Of a DNA stretch of 64,000 nucleotides, positions 41,198-52,887 are shown in pieces. The DNA is taken from NCBI GenBank assembly GCA_963814585.1, contig CAWFDF010000003.1:96001-160000 (forward strand), given 5' to 3'. Numbering within the stretch: position 1 is the stretch's first letter; each line of letters opens with the position of its first letter. Under the pieces are notes generated by a model. That model was not told the DNA's origin. It worked only from the letters and a program-made list of their open reading frames with translations, and did not search any database. The stretch comes from an uncultured delta proteobacterium (GTDB lineage Bacteria > Myxococcota > Myxococcia > Myxococcales > Anaeromyxobacteraceae). The position numbers and the translations under genes were made by a program.

Positions 41198-41391
41198 GGG
41201 CCACCTCCGGCCGCCAGCGCCCCGGGCGCGGCGGCCAACGATTCGCCGGCCCTCATCATAGGCACCCCGGGGAAGCGTGAAGCGACGACCCACTTGGGAG
41301 CGTGACCTTCGGTGATCGGTGCTCGGTGGCCGGTCTCCCGGTGGCCGGTTGTCGGCGCCCTAGCGCCACGCTACAGTCCGGCCACATCGAC

Positions 41392-41443
41392 GGCGGTGGA
41401 GTCCGCCACGACCGCCGCCCCCGGGCGGCCAATGACTCCTGCA
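41392..41443 (+). ncRNA. Fluoride riboswitch (crcB motif)
   Basis: GGCGGTGGAGTCCGCC-ACGACC-GCCGCCC/GGGCGGC-CAATGACTCCTGC matches the motif, including the GGAGT/ACTCC pseudoknot; lies directly upstream of crcB. Confidence 0.88.
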
Positions 41444-41509
41444 GCGGCGCCAGGCGCCCGGCAGGAGCTCCCTGACAAGAGCTCTTCCGGCGCCTCCGGG
41501 GAGGACGCG

Positions 41510-41923
41510 GTGGAGAGGTTCCTGCTGGTGTGTGTCGGCGGTGCGCTCGGCTCGGGGGCGAGGTACCTGGTCGCGTCCTGGGCCGCGAGCGCCTGGCCGT
41601 CGACGCTGCCGGTCGGCACCGCCCTGGTCAACGTCGTCGGCTCCTGGTTCATCGCCGTGGTCATGGATCTCTCGCTGCGGGCCGGCGCCCTCTCTCCCGA
41701 CCTGCGCCTCTTCCTCGTCACCGGGGTGGCGGGCGGCTTCACCACCTACTCGGCCTTCAACCACGAGACGCTCCAGCTCCTCGAAGAGCGCGCCTACCTC
41801 CTCGCCGGCGCCTACGTGTCCGGGATGGTCGTGCTCTGCCTGGGCGCCGGGCTGCTGGGCCTCGCCACGGCGAGGCTGATCGGCAGCGCCGTGGCCGCGC
41901 TCATCACCGGGTCCTGGCGGTGA
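41510..41923 (+). CDS. crcB: Fluoride efflux channel CrcB/Fluc
   Basis: GGAGG SD + GTG; GGALGSGARY, GTALVNVVGS, GGFTTYSAFNHE. Confidence 0.93.
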   Translation: MERFLLVCVGGALGSGARYLVASWAASAWPSTLPVGTALVNVVGSWFIAVVMDLSLRAGALSPDLRLFLVTGVAGGFTTYSAFNHETLQLLEERAYLLAGAYVSGMVVLCLGAGLLGLATARLIGSAVAALITGSWR

Positions 41924-42222
41924 GCTCCGCGGTGAGCCGACCTCGGCCGTGTCGCGCGCTTCGCGCTCCTGCGGTCCGGGCGACGCGGCGAGAGCGGCGC
42001 CCGCGGAGGTAGCGCCACGCGTCAACCGAGTCCGGACCGAGGATTGGCCCGGCAGCGCGCGCTACCGCGCAGCCAGCGCATGGCTTCGCCGAGCGATGGC
42101 GTCGGCTTTTGCAAAAGGCGTGCCCCTGTCCGATGACCGCTTGACAGCCCTTCGCGTTGGCGCTCTTCTCCCCGCCCTGCAAACACGAGCGAGCCTCCAA
42201 CCCAACGTCACGAGGACGAGCG

Positions 42223-44538
<2,316 letters not shown>

Positions 44539-44575
44539 CCGCGCCGGCTTCAGCCGGCGCAATCCGGAGACATGA

Positions 44576-44610
44576 AGACCGGGTCGCCTCACGGCGGCCC
44601 GGTCTCTTCA
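44576..44610 (+). terminator. Probable intrinsic terminator after maeB
   Basis: AGACCGGGTCGCC-TCAC-GGCGGCCCGGTCT followed by CTTC; a second hairpin GCGCCGGC-TTCA-GCCGGCGC lies at 44541-44560. Confidence 0.6.
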
Positions 44611-44731
44611 CGTCTGGACCACGCGACCTGATGGCAGCGGCATCAGTCCAGGCGGGGCCCGGTTTGCTCACGAGGCGACTCGGTCCTGGTCGTTTCGGGT
44701 TGCGCGGCGCAGAGCGCCGCGCGATCAGGGG

Positions 44732-44751
44732 CCGCCCCGTCACGGGGGCGG
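44732..44751 (-). other. Candidate bacterial SECIS hairpin
   Basis: Minus strand CCGCCCC-CGTGAC-GGGGCGG starting after an 11-nt spacer from the UGA at 44765-44763. Confidence 0.45.
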
Positions 44752-44762
44752 TAGGGGACGCC

Positions 44763-44852
44763 TCAGGTGGGCACGCCCAGCCTGGGGAGCACCCAGGTCT
44801 GGAGCACGAACCAGCCGACGATGAAGAGGGCCAGCTGCAGCAGGTCGCTCAT
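44763..44852 (-). CDS. Small single-TM protein (29 aa to the UGA; 69 aa to 44643 if the UGA encodes Sec)
   Basis: MSDLLQLALFIVGWFVLQTWVLPRLGVPT-UGA; ATGA overlap with the DUF302 stop indicates translational coupling. Confidence 0.7.
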   Translation of the reverse strand: MSDLLQLALFIVGWFVLQTWVLPRLGVPT

Positions 44853-45241
44853 CCCTTCAGCCCGGAGAGGGCGCGGGAGAGCTTCTCGCGGACCTCGGCG
44901 ATCAGCGGCACGAAGCGGGGATCCTGGGCGGCCAGCGTCTGCATGGGGTCGACGGCGGTGACCACGGTGGAGCCGTCGTCGGCCTCGTAGACCAGCACGT
45001 TGCAGGGCAGCATCACCCCGGCGCCCAGGTCCAGGCCGAGCGCCCGGTGGGCGAAGCTGGGGTTGCAGGCGCCGAGGATCTGGTAGCGCCGGAAGTCGAC
45101 GCCCAGCTTCTCCTTCATGGTCGCCTTCATGTCGATGCGGGTGAGGACCCCGAACCCCTCGCCCTTGAGCCGCTCCGGCACCTGCGCCAGCACGTCGTCG
45201 TACTTCGCCTTCAGCGTCCACTTCATCCCGAACTCGGTCAT
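44849..45241 (-). CDS. DUF302 family protein
   Basis: GGAGG SD; GFGVLTRID...YQILGACNP...VMLPCNVLVYE. Confidence 0.9.
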   Translation of the reverse strand: MTEFGMKWTLKAKYDDVLAQVPERLKGEGFGVLTRIDMKATMKEKLGVDFRRYQILGACNPSFAHRALGLDLGAGVMLPCNVLVYEADDGSTVVTAVDPMQTLAAQDPRFVPLIAEVREKLSRALSGLKG

Positions 45242-45333
45242 CTCGGCCTCCCCTGCCTGAGAGCCTGCGCCGGCGCGCGGGGTTCGCGCCTGCTCCCTTC
45301 CGGGGGTCCCCGCCAGGAGGAGGCGGCGAGGTC

Positions 45334-46880
45334 CTAGAGCGTCACCCGGAGCGCCACGCCCAGGTCGAGCACGGGCACCGGCACGCTGACCGTCACCGGG
45401 GGCAGCCCGGGGCCGCCCGCGTCGGCCTCGATGGTGCCGCCGAAGCGGAACTCGCCCCACTGGTGGCCGACGTGGCCGGACACGAAGGTCTCGATCCTCA
45501 GGTAGGTGTTGACCAGCACCGAGTGGTCGAGCCGGATCACCGCCGAGGCGTCGGTGAGGCTGGCCAGCGCCGTGAGCGTGAAGAGGGTGTCGTTCCAGGA
45601 GCCGGGAGCCGGCAGGTAGCCGTAGAGGCCGGCGTACTGCCTGGCCAGGTAGAAGGGCGAGAAGGCCGGCCGCTGGTCGGGCGTGCCCGGCAGGTAGGGG
45701 AAGGCGAGGAGGTACGGGTAGATGTCGGCGGTGCCGTACCCGGAGGCGTCGTAGCCGTACTCGCCGCCGACGGTGATGGTGTCCTGATCGGAGTACTTCC
45801 AGGTCCACTCGGCACCCACCACCGCAGCGGGCGTCAGCCCCTCGAACTCCTTGACCCGGTAGCGGGTGAAGACCGGATCGGCGGCGGTGGTCCCCGGCGC
45901 CTCCTCCCACCGCGGCAGGTCCCGCCCTCGCCGCAGCGCCACCTCGAACCGGAGGTCCAGCTCCCAGAGCGGGAACGAGCCGTCGATCCCGAAGCGGGGC
46001 TGGTGCCCCTGCTGCGCCATGCCGTCGAAGCCGAGCTCGACGCTGCCGAGGACCACCTCGGCGCGGCCGCCGTACCCGACCTGCCCCAGCGTCGACACCG
46101 TCTTCACCGTGCCGTCGGGCTGCAGGCCGCCGGAGAGGTCCTCCAGCAGGGCGATGCCGTAGAGGTTCCAGCCGCGCTTCTCCCACGGGACGTGGACCTT
46201 CACCATGGTGACCCCGCTCCGGGCGTCGAACTGCGAGAGCGGATCGCGGCGGATGGGGTGGAGGTAGTCGGTCGGGTTCCAGAACCGGCCGGTCCCCCAC
46301 TTCACGTGCTGCTTCCCGGCGGTGATGAAGGCGATCCGGCCGAGGTCGAAGTTGACCCACAGCTGGTCGAGGGTGGCGCGATCGACCGCGGCCGCCAGGC
46401 CCGGCGCCACCAGGCTGGCCATCCCTGCCGAGCCCCGCCGGCCGACGGGGTGTGGATGAGCCGGCCCAGCGCGAAGGCCCGGACCCGGTCGTTGGGCCGG
46501 GCGTCGAGGTAGACGTCCAGCAGCAGCGGGTCGGAGAAGGCCCAGTCGGCCGGGGCCTGGCCGCGGCCCCAGGTGGTGATGGCCCGCAGGTAGGCGAGGC
46601 CGCCCAGCCGGAGCCAGTCCTCGCGCTCGCCGCTGATGAGCCCGGCGGCGCGCGGGCCGATCGACTCGCCCAGCAGCTCGTCACCCCGGGCGTCACCGCT
46701 GGCCGGGGCGGCGGGCTGGACGGCGGGCGGCTCCGCGGCCGGGGCCGCCGGAGCCGGGGCCGGGGCCGGGGCCGGAGCGCCGAACAGGTCGGCCTCGCTG
46801 GGCCGCTCCTGCGCCCGCGCCGGGAGGGCCAGCCCCCCGGCCAGCAGCAGGAGCGCAGCGGTCCAGGAGCGCGCGCTCAC
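45334..46880 (-). CDS. Probable outer-membrane beta-barrel protein, frameshift near 46425
   Basis: Signal peptide (ARA-QERPSEADLFG); amphipathic strands; GKQHVKWGTGRFWNPTD; ends LGVALRVTL. Confidence 0.7.
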
Positions 46881-47656
46881 CGGCTCCTCGCCTCCAGCCA
46901 GGCCTTGGTGAAGAGGTTGGCCTCGAGCGGGCGCAGGTCGATCTCCTTGATGAGCACCAGCGTGGAGTTGCCCTTCTCGATCTCGTCGAAGAAGCGCATC
47001 TCCTCCGGGTACCAGACCTCGCCCCCCTTCGACGGCGAGGTGACCTTCTTCCAGCGCGGGTAGTAGGCGGTCCGCATCAGCCGGCCGGAGAGGGCCAGCT
47101 CCTGCCGCTTCAGGACGTTCTGGGTGGCCTGGTCGACCCAGAGCTCCACCTGCGGGAAGGCGACGTCCACGCCGGCCTTCACCTTGAGCGAGACGTGCCA
47201 CGCCTGGTACTTGCCGAGCGGCTCGGCGCCCAGGTAGGTGGCGTCGTACTCCTCGGCCAGCCTCGACTCGTCGAGGTCGCCGCGCCGCGTGTCGGTGCCG
47301 CCGATCCGCTCCCGCTCGGTGCGCCGCTCCCAGCGACCGGTCGATGGATCGTACATCCAGAGGTTCTTCTCGATCCGCAGGTAGCCCTTGCCGGCCTCGG
47401 CCTTGGGCTTGGTGAAGAGGAACATCTGCTTGTCGTCGGCGTCGCGCCGGAAGACCAGCAGCTCGGAGACCACGTCGGTCTTCCCCTTCTCCTTGGCCTC
47501 CATGTAGCAGAGCGCCTTCCAGTCGCCCTGGTTGCGCTGCCGGTCGTCGATGAGCTTGACCAGATCGGCCAGGCCGGCGGGCGTGGCGGGATCGAGCGCG
47601 GCGCGGGCCGGAACGGCCCCGGCGGCGAGCAGCAGGATGGCGAGCAGTCGGAGCAT
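46877..47656 (-). CDS. LolA-like outer membrane lipoprotein-sorting family protein
   Basis: Signal peptide; FTKPKAEAGKGYLRIEKNLWMYDP, ERIGGTD, NLFTKAWLE. Confidence 0.8.
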   Translation of the reverse strand: MLRLLAILLLAAGAVPARAALDPATPAGLADLVKLIDDRQRNQGDWKALCYMEAKEKGKTDVVSELLVFRRDADDKQMFLFTKPKAEAGKGYLRIEKNLWMYDPSTGRWERRTERERIGGTDTRRGDLDESRLAEEYDATYLGAEPLGKYQAWHVSLKVKAGVDVAFPQVELWVDQATQNVLKRQELALSGRLMRTAYYPRWKKVTSPSKGGEVWYPEEMRFFDEIEKGNSTLVLIKEIDLRPLEANLFTKAWLEARSR

Positions 47657-47661
47657 GGCGT

Positions 47662-48969
47662 TCACCCGATGTGGTGCATGGCGGTGACGGGCTTGAGGCG
47701 GGCGGCGCGCAGGGCCGGGGCCAGCGAGGCCGCCACGGTGACCAGCGTGAGCAGGAGCACGTCCTGGGTGGCGGCCCAGCCGCGCAGCTGGAAGGTGAGG
47801 TGCTCCTGGGAGAGGAAGAGCTGCACGGCCTCCGGCACCTGGATGGCGGCGGCGTTCAGGCCCGCGGCCAGCGCGGAGGCCGCCAGCGCCCCGGAGGCGC
47901 ACCCCGCCAGGCCGAGCAGCGTGGACTCCAGCATGAAGAGCCAGAGCACCTTGCGGCGCTGCATCCCGATGGCGCGCAGCGTGCCGATCTCCCGGGTCCG
48001 CTCGCGGATGGCGATGGCCAGCGTGTTGAGGATGCCGATGACGATCACCACCATGAGGATGAAGACCAGGAGGCCGGTGAAGACCTTGATGCCCCAGATG
48101 AACTGCTTGAACTGCCCCAGCTCGTCCTCCCAGGTGGTGACGTCGAGCTTCTGGCCGGTCCAGTCCTCGCTGGGCACCGACTGGAAGAGCTTCATGTAGT
48201 AGGGCTGCGGATCCGGCTCCATGACCCGCCAGCCCTGCTTCTGGAACTCGTCCCGCAGCCGGGCCGCCACCAGGCCGGACTGCTCCCGGTCCTGGAGGAA
48301 CAGGTGGATGGCGCCGGTGGCGTCCGGCGAGAGGCCGTAGAGGCCGCGGAGGGTGTCGGCCTGCATGAAGGCGGAGAAGGCCGACATGATGCCGACGTTC
48401 TTCACCACCACCACCACCCGGAGGTCGACGGTGTTGTTGACGCCGCGCTCGGTGGGGGCCGAGAGCGTGACGACGTCCCCCACGCCCACCTTGAGCCGCT
48501 CCGCCTGCCCCTGGAAGAGGAGCAGGGTGTTGGGCCTGGCGAGCTCGTCGAGGCTGCCGCCCAGGGGCTGCAGCACCCGCCGCACCGCCGGCTCGTTCGC
48601 GATGTCGACACCGCCCAGGACCAGGTCCATGGAGGCGCTGTCCGAGACCGCCTTGGCCCAGCCCCGGCCCCGGACCGTGAAGTAGTCGAGCTCCGGGACG
48701 CTGGCCCTGGTGACCTCCAGCACCCGGTGGTAGCCGGAGACCAGCGGCGCGGCCGACCCGCTGGTGACCTTGAAGAAGCCGCCGACGTTGACGTCGCCGG
48801 TCATCAGGGTGGTGGCCGACTCCATCATGGCCGCCTCGATGCCGGCGGTGAGGGCGCCGAGCAGGACCAGCAGGCCGGTGACCATGGCCAGGGCGGCGCC
48901 GAGGAAGAGGTTGCGGCGGGTGTGACGGGTCAGGTTCCGGGCCGCCACCTGCAGGTCGACGAGGAGCAT
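47662..48969 (-). CDS. ABC transporter permease, FtsX/LolC-E family
   Basis: RNLTRHTRR start; ERTREIGTLRAIG; PALRAARLKPVTAM. Confidence 0.9.
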   Translation of the reverse strand: MLLVDLQVAARNLTRHTRRNLFLGAALAMVTGLLVLLGALTAGIEAAMMESATTLMTGDVNVGGFFKVTSGSAAPLVSGYHRVLEVTRASVPELDYFTVRGRGWAKAVSDSASMDLVLGGVDIANEPAVRRVLQPLGGSLDELARPNTLLLFQGQAERLKVGVGDVVTLSAPTERGVNNTVDLRVVVVVKNVGIMSAFSAFMQADTLRGLYGLSPDATGAIHLFLQDREQSGLVAARLRDEFQKQGWRVMEPDPQPYYMKLFQSVPSEDWTGQKLDVTTWEDELGQFKQFIWGIKVFTGLLVFILMVVIVIGILNTLAIAIRERTREIGTLRAIGMQRRKVLWLFMLESTLLGLAGCASGALAASALAAGLNAAAIQVPEAVQLFLSQEHLTFQLRGWAATQDVLLLTLVTVAASLAPALRAARLKPVTAMHHIG

Positions 48970-48971
48970 GG

Positions 48972-51116
48972 TCAGTCCTCCGTGGACATCGCCTCGACGG
49001 GCGTGACCCGCATGGCGATCCAGGCCGGGTAGAGGGCCGAGGCGATGGCGACGCCCAGCACCAGGATGAGCGAGGCCGCGACGCTGGCCCCGCCCAGGCG
49101 CGGCAGCAGGGCCGGCCCGGAGAAGAGGAAGAAGAGCAGGTCGGTGGTGGCGGGGATGCCGCCGGTGGCGCGGACGATGGCCACCACGCCGCCCCCCAGG
49201 GCCGCTCCGGCCAGGCCGAAGAGCACGCTGACGGCGATGATCTCGACGAGCAGCATGGCGACCACGAAGCGCCGCTGCGCGCCGATGGCCCGCATGGTGC
49301 CCACCTCCTTCACCCGCTGCAGCGCCGCCATCACCATGGCATTGTTGATGATCACCAGCGCCACCCCGAAGAAGATGATGAGCGCGAAGATCAGGATGCC
49401 GCGCAGCAGCAGCACGAACTGCCCGACCATCCCCGAGGCCGCCTCCCAGTCGATGACCTTGAGCTTCAGCCCGGCCGCGTCGGCCGCCGCCTGCACGGCC
49501 ACCTGCGCCTCGCGGATCCGGGCCGGGTCCTCGAGCAGGATGGCGGCGTTGAGCGCCACGCCGTCGTCGATCTCCGCCTGGGTGTAGGCCCGCGTCTCCT
49601 CGGCCAGCGCCGCCTTCCGCTTCTCGCCCACGCCGGCCAGCAGCGACCTCTCGTCGATGGCTGCGGTGCGCGCCGACTCGACCAGCGGCGACGTCGCCCC
49701 GCCGCCGAAGAGCGCCGCCTCGGCGTCCTCGCGCGAGACCGTGGTGACCCCCATCTGCGCCCGGATCCCGGCCAGCTCCTCGGCCTTGTCCCTGGAGACG
49801 TAGCCGTAGAGGTCGCGGAACGACTGCAGGTCCATCACGCTGGTGGTGCCGGCGATGCCCGACTTCTCGATCCCCTTGAACTGGATGAAGCCGTAGACCT
49901 TGACGTTGACGGCGTTGAAGGCCCCGGTCTTGCCGGGCGCCTTGATGGTGATCGTGTCACCCACGCTGATCTGGTAGAGGCGCAGGAGCGGCGCCAGCTG
50001 GTCGTAGAAGATCCGGTAGTGGGCGTCGAAGTTCTCGTCGGAGAGGTCGAAGAGCCGCGCCAGCAGCTCCGGCAGCGCCTCGCCTTCGGGCGCCTTCAGC
50101 GCCGGCCGCAGCCGCCGCTCGGCCTCGGCCGCCTGCAGCGGGTCGAGCTGGACGAGGATCTCCCGCGCCCGGCTCCGGGTGTCCTTGACCCAGCGCTGCA
50201 GCTCCTCCTCCTTGGCGATGCGGGCGTGGAAGCGGTCACGCTTGTCCTTGATCTGGTCGAGCCGGCGCGCGTTCTTCAGCTTGAGCCACTCCTCGGCGTA
50301 CTGCTTGCCCAGCAGGATGCCGCGCTGGCCGGGCGGGATGGGGTTGCCCTCCGCCACCTCGGCCAGGTCGAAGGCCTTCATGAAGGCCTCCACGTCGGTG
50401 CCGACGTAGCGGATGAAGGTGAAGCCGGAGTCGAGCGCCAGCGGCGCGATCCGGTTCTCGAGGAACTCCAGGCCGGCCAGCCGGTCGCGCTCGAACTCCT
50501 TCCAGAAGGCGGGCGCGGCGGCCCGATCGAGGTCGGCCCGCTGCGCGGCGCGGGTCCCGGCGTCCCGGCCATTGGGGTCCACCAGGACCCGGGCCTGGGC
50601 CCGGTCCTCGCTGAGCAGGGCGATGAGGCGGCGCACGTGGGCCTGCCGCGCCTCGAGGCCCCGCCTGGCCTCCTCGTCCTTCGGGTCGACCTGGAGCTTC
50701 CGCACGTCGCCGCGGAGCTTCTCCAGCGCCACGTCGAAGGCGTTGCCGGTGGCCACCAGCGCCTGGTCAATCCCCATGGGCACGATGGTCTTCACGTTGG
50801 GGACCTTGGACAGCACCTCCTTCACCCGGGCGAAGTCGGGGATGGGATCGAGCAGCGACTCGCCGCGCAGCCCGCCGTAGAGCTCCAGCTGCCCCTCGGA
50901 GGTGGACTGGTAGACCTGGAGCTGCCCGCCCAGGCTCCCCTGGATCGAGGTGCGCATGCCGCGGTCGATGCTGTCCATGAGCGAGGCGCCCACCACCACG
51001 ATGAGGGCGCCGACCAGGACGATGAGGCCGATGATCACCGTGCGCACCCGGGCGGCCACCAGGTTGCGGAAGGCGATGCGGAGGAGGACGCGGGTGGCGT
51101 CGAGGCGGGCCGTCAT
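48972..51116 (-). CDS. ABC transporter permease, FtsX family, with enlarged periplasmic domain
   Basis: IAFRNL start; QRVKEVGTMRAIG; YPAWIAMRVTPVEAM; 714 aa. Confidence 0.88.
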   Translation of the reverse strand: MTARLDATRVLLRIAFRNLVAARVRTVIIGLIVLVGALIVVVGASLMDSIDRGMRTSIQGSLGGQLQVYQSTSEGQLELYGGLRGESLLDPIPDFARVKEVLSKVPNVKTIVPMGIDQALVATGNAFDVALEKLRGDVRKLQVDPKDEEARRGLEARQAHVRRLIALLSEDRAQARVLVDPNGRDAGTRAAQRADLDRAAAPAFWKEFERDRLAGLEFLENRIAPLALDSGFTFIRYVGTDVEAFMKAFDLAEVAEGNPIPPGQRGILLGKQYAEEWLKLKNARRLDQIKDKRDRFHARIAKEEELQRWVKDTRSRAREILVQLDPLQAAEAERRLRPALKAPEGEALPELLARLFDLSDENFDAHYRIFYDQLAPLLRLYQISVGDTITIKAPGKTGAFNAVNVKVYGFIQFKGIEKSGIAGTTSVMDLQSFRDLYGYVSRDKAEELAGIRAQMGVTTVSREDAEAALFGGGATSPLVESARTAAIDERSLLAGVGEKRKAALAEETRAYTQAEIDDGVALNAAILLEDPARIREAQVAVQAAADAAGLKLKVIDWEAASGMVGQFVLLLRGILIFALIIFFGVALVIINNAMVMAALQRVKEVGTMRAIGAQRRFVVAMLLVEIIAVSVLFGLAGAALGGGVVAIVRATGGIPATTDLLFFLFSGPALLPRLGGASVAASLILVLGVAIASALYPAWIAMRVTPVEAMSTED

Positions 51117-51126
51117 GGGGGCCCCC

Positions 51127-51825
51127 TCACGCCGCCGCGCCGGCCGGCTCGCGCCCGGTCACCACGCCGTCGGCGATGCGGATGATGGCGTTGGCGTGGG
51201 CCATCACCTTGGGGTCGTGGGTGGAGAAGACGAAGGTGGTGCCGTCCTTCCGGTTCATGTCGCGCATCAGGTCGATGATGTTCTGGCCGGTCAGCGAGTC
51301 GAGGTTGGCGGTCGGCTCGTCGGCCAGCACCAGCGCCGGGCGGGTCACCAGGGCCCGCGCCACCGCCACCCGCTGCCGCTGGCCGCCGGAGAGCTCGTTG
51401 GGCCGGTGGCGGGCGTACTCGGGGATGCCGACCGCCTCGAGCAGCCCCAGCACGCGCCCGGCGCGCTCCGCCCGGGTGAGCCCGCCCTGCAGCAGCAGCG
51501 GGAACTCGATGTTCTGGAAGACCGACAGCACCTGGACCAGGTTGAAGCTCTGGAAGATGAAGCCGATCTGGTGGAGCCGCAGGTCGGTGAGCGCCCGCTC
51601 GGTCAGCCTGGAGGTGTCCTGCCCGGCCACCTCCACCACCCCGGTGGTCGGGGTGTCGACGCAGCCGATCAGGTTGAGCAGCGTGGTCTTGCCCGAGCCC
51701 GACGGGCCGGCCATCGAGAGGAACTCGCCCTTGTCGACGGAGAGCGTCACGCCGCGCAGGGCGTGGACGTGGGTCTTGCCCAGCAGGTAGTCCTTGGTGA
51801 CGTCGCGAACCTGGATGATCGACAT
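51127..51825 (-). CDS. ABC transporter ATP-binding protein (LolD/MacB-like)
   Basis: GPSGSGKT, LSGGQRQR, ADEPTANLD, STHD. Confidence 0.93.
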   Translation of the reverse strand: MSIIQVRDVTKDYLLGKTHVHALRGVTLSVDKGEFLSMAGPSGSGKTTLLNLIGCVDTPTTGVVEVAGQDTSRLTERALTDLRLHQIGFIFQSFNLVQVLSVFQNIEFPLLLQGGLTRAERAGRVLGLLEAVGIPEYARHRPNELSGGQRQRVAVARALVTRPALVLADEPTANLDSLTGQNIIDLMRDMNRKDGTTFVFSTHDPKVMAHANAIIRIADGVVTGREPAGAAA

Positions 51826-51913
51826 GCCGTGGCTCCGGTCTGTCCGTCCGCCGCCGGGACTCGCCCGGGCCGGACATGAAGGCGTCACTAAACCACGCGG
51901 CGAGCGCCCCGTG

Positions 51914-52096
51914 TCACCCCTCCCGGGGCACCACGCCGATCGCGAACCCGCCTGGCTCCTCCTCCACGGCCACCACCCGCCAGGTCTCGCCGCACTCCGG
52001 GCACGACTCCTCGAGCTCCTGCCGCTCGCCGCCCCGGGGGTCGACGAAGCAGGTCAGCCAGGCGCCGCAGCGCGGACACTCCACGTCGTAGTCCAC
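51914..52096 (-). CDS. Small CPXCG zinc-ribbon protein
   Basis: VDYDVECPRCG...EESCPECG; TATAAC -10-like box upstream at 52127-52132. Confidence 0.75.
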   Translation of the reverse strand: MDYDVECPRCGAWLTCFVDPRGGERQELEESCPECGETWRVVAVEEEPGGFAIGVVPREG

Positions 52097-52140
52097 CTCG
52101 TGTCTCGCCCCCGGTTGTCGTCCGCGGTTATAGTCCGGAC

Positions 52141-52805
52141 GTGAGGAAGAAGCCGTTCCACGCCCCATTCGAGAGGCTGGCGGGGCTGAAGAGGGGAGGG
52201 CCCGGTCCGCCCCCCCGAGGAGCGTCCCGGCGACGCCCCCGGCCCCGCCACCACCCCGGGAGCTCACCGAGGAGGAGCTCTGGGCCCGGGCCACGGCCGG
52301 GACCACGCCGGTCGAGGCCGGCGCCGGCCTGGTCCCGCCTCCGCGGCCAGGCCCCCCGCCCCCGCGCGCCTGGCACGCCGATCTCGAGGCCATCGACGAG
52401 CTGCAGGCGATGTCGGCCGGCCAGCCCCGCTTCGAGCTCGCCACCAGCGACTCGCTGCTCGAGGGGTCGGTGGCCGGCCTCGATCCGGACGTGGTTCGCC
52501 GGCTGAAGCGCGGCGACTATGCCGTCGAGGCGCGGCTCGACCTGCACGGGTTCACTCGCGACGAGGCGCGCGGGGCGGTGGAGCGGTTCCTGCGCGGGTC
52601 CCGCCTGGGCGGCAGGCGCTGCGTCCTGCTGGTCCACGGCCGGGGCCGCCACTCCGAGACCCGGCTCCCCGTCCTCAAGGAGGAGCTGGGCAGCTGGCTC
52701 GCCGCGGGCCGCTTCGGGCGCCAGGTCCTCGCCTTCGCCTCGGCGCGTCCGGCCGACGGCGGCGCCGGGGCGCTCTACGTCCTGTTGCGCCGCGCCGGCC
52801 GTTGA
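52141..52805 (+). CDS. Smr/MutS2 C-terminal domain protein, frameshift around 52200-52260
   Basis: N-terminal KKPFHAPFERL; then ELTEEELWARA...LKRGDYAVEARLDLHG...VHGRGRHS...DGGAGALYVLL. Confidence 0.82.
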
Positions 52806-52887
52806 CGCGGTGCCGGACCGCCCCCCCCTGTCACGTTTCCCGGTGACGCCGGTCCAATCAGGCAAGCCCCAGCCGGATCCGTCAGCC

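Noticed and set aside
42097..42113. Sigma-54 promoter TGGCGT...TTGCA upstream of maeB
   Set aside because: GG-to-GC spacing is 11 nt rather than the strictly required 10.
46721..46780. GCCGGG-type short tandem repeats
   Set aside because: They encode a Pro/Ala linker (APAPAPAP) in the outer-membrane protein and are not an independent element.
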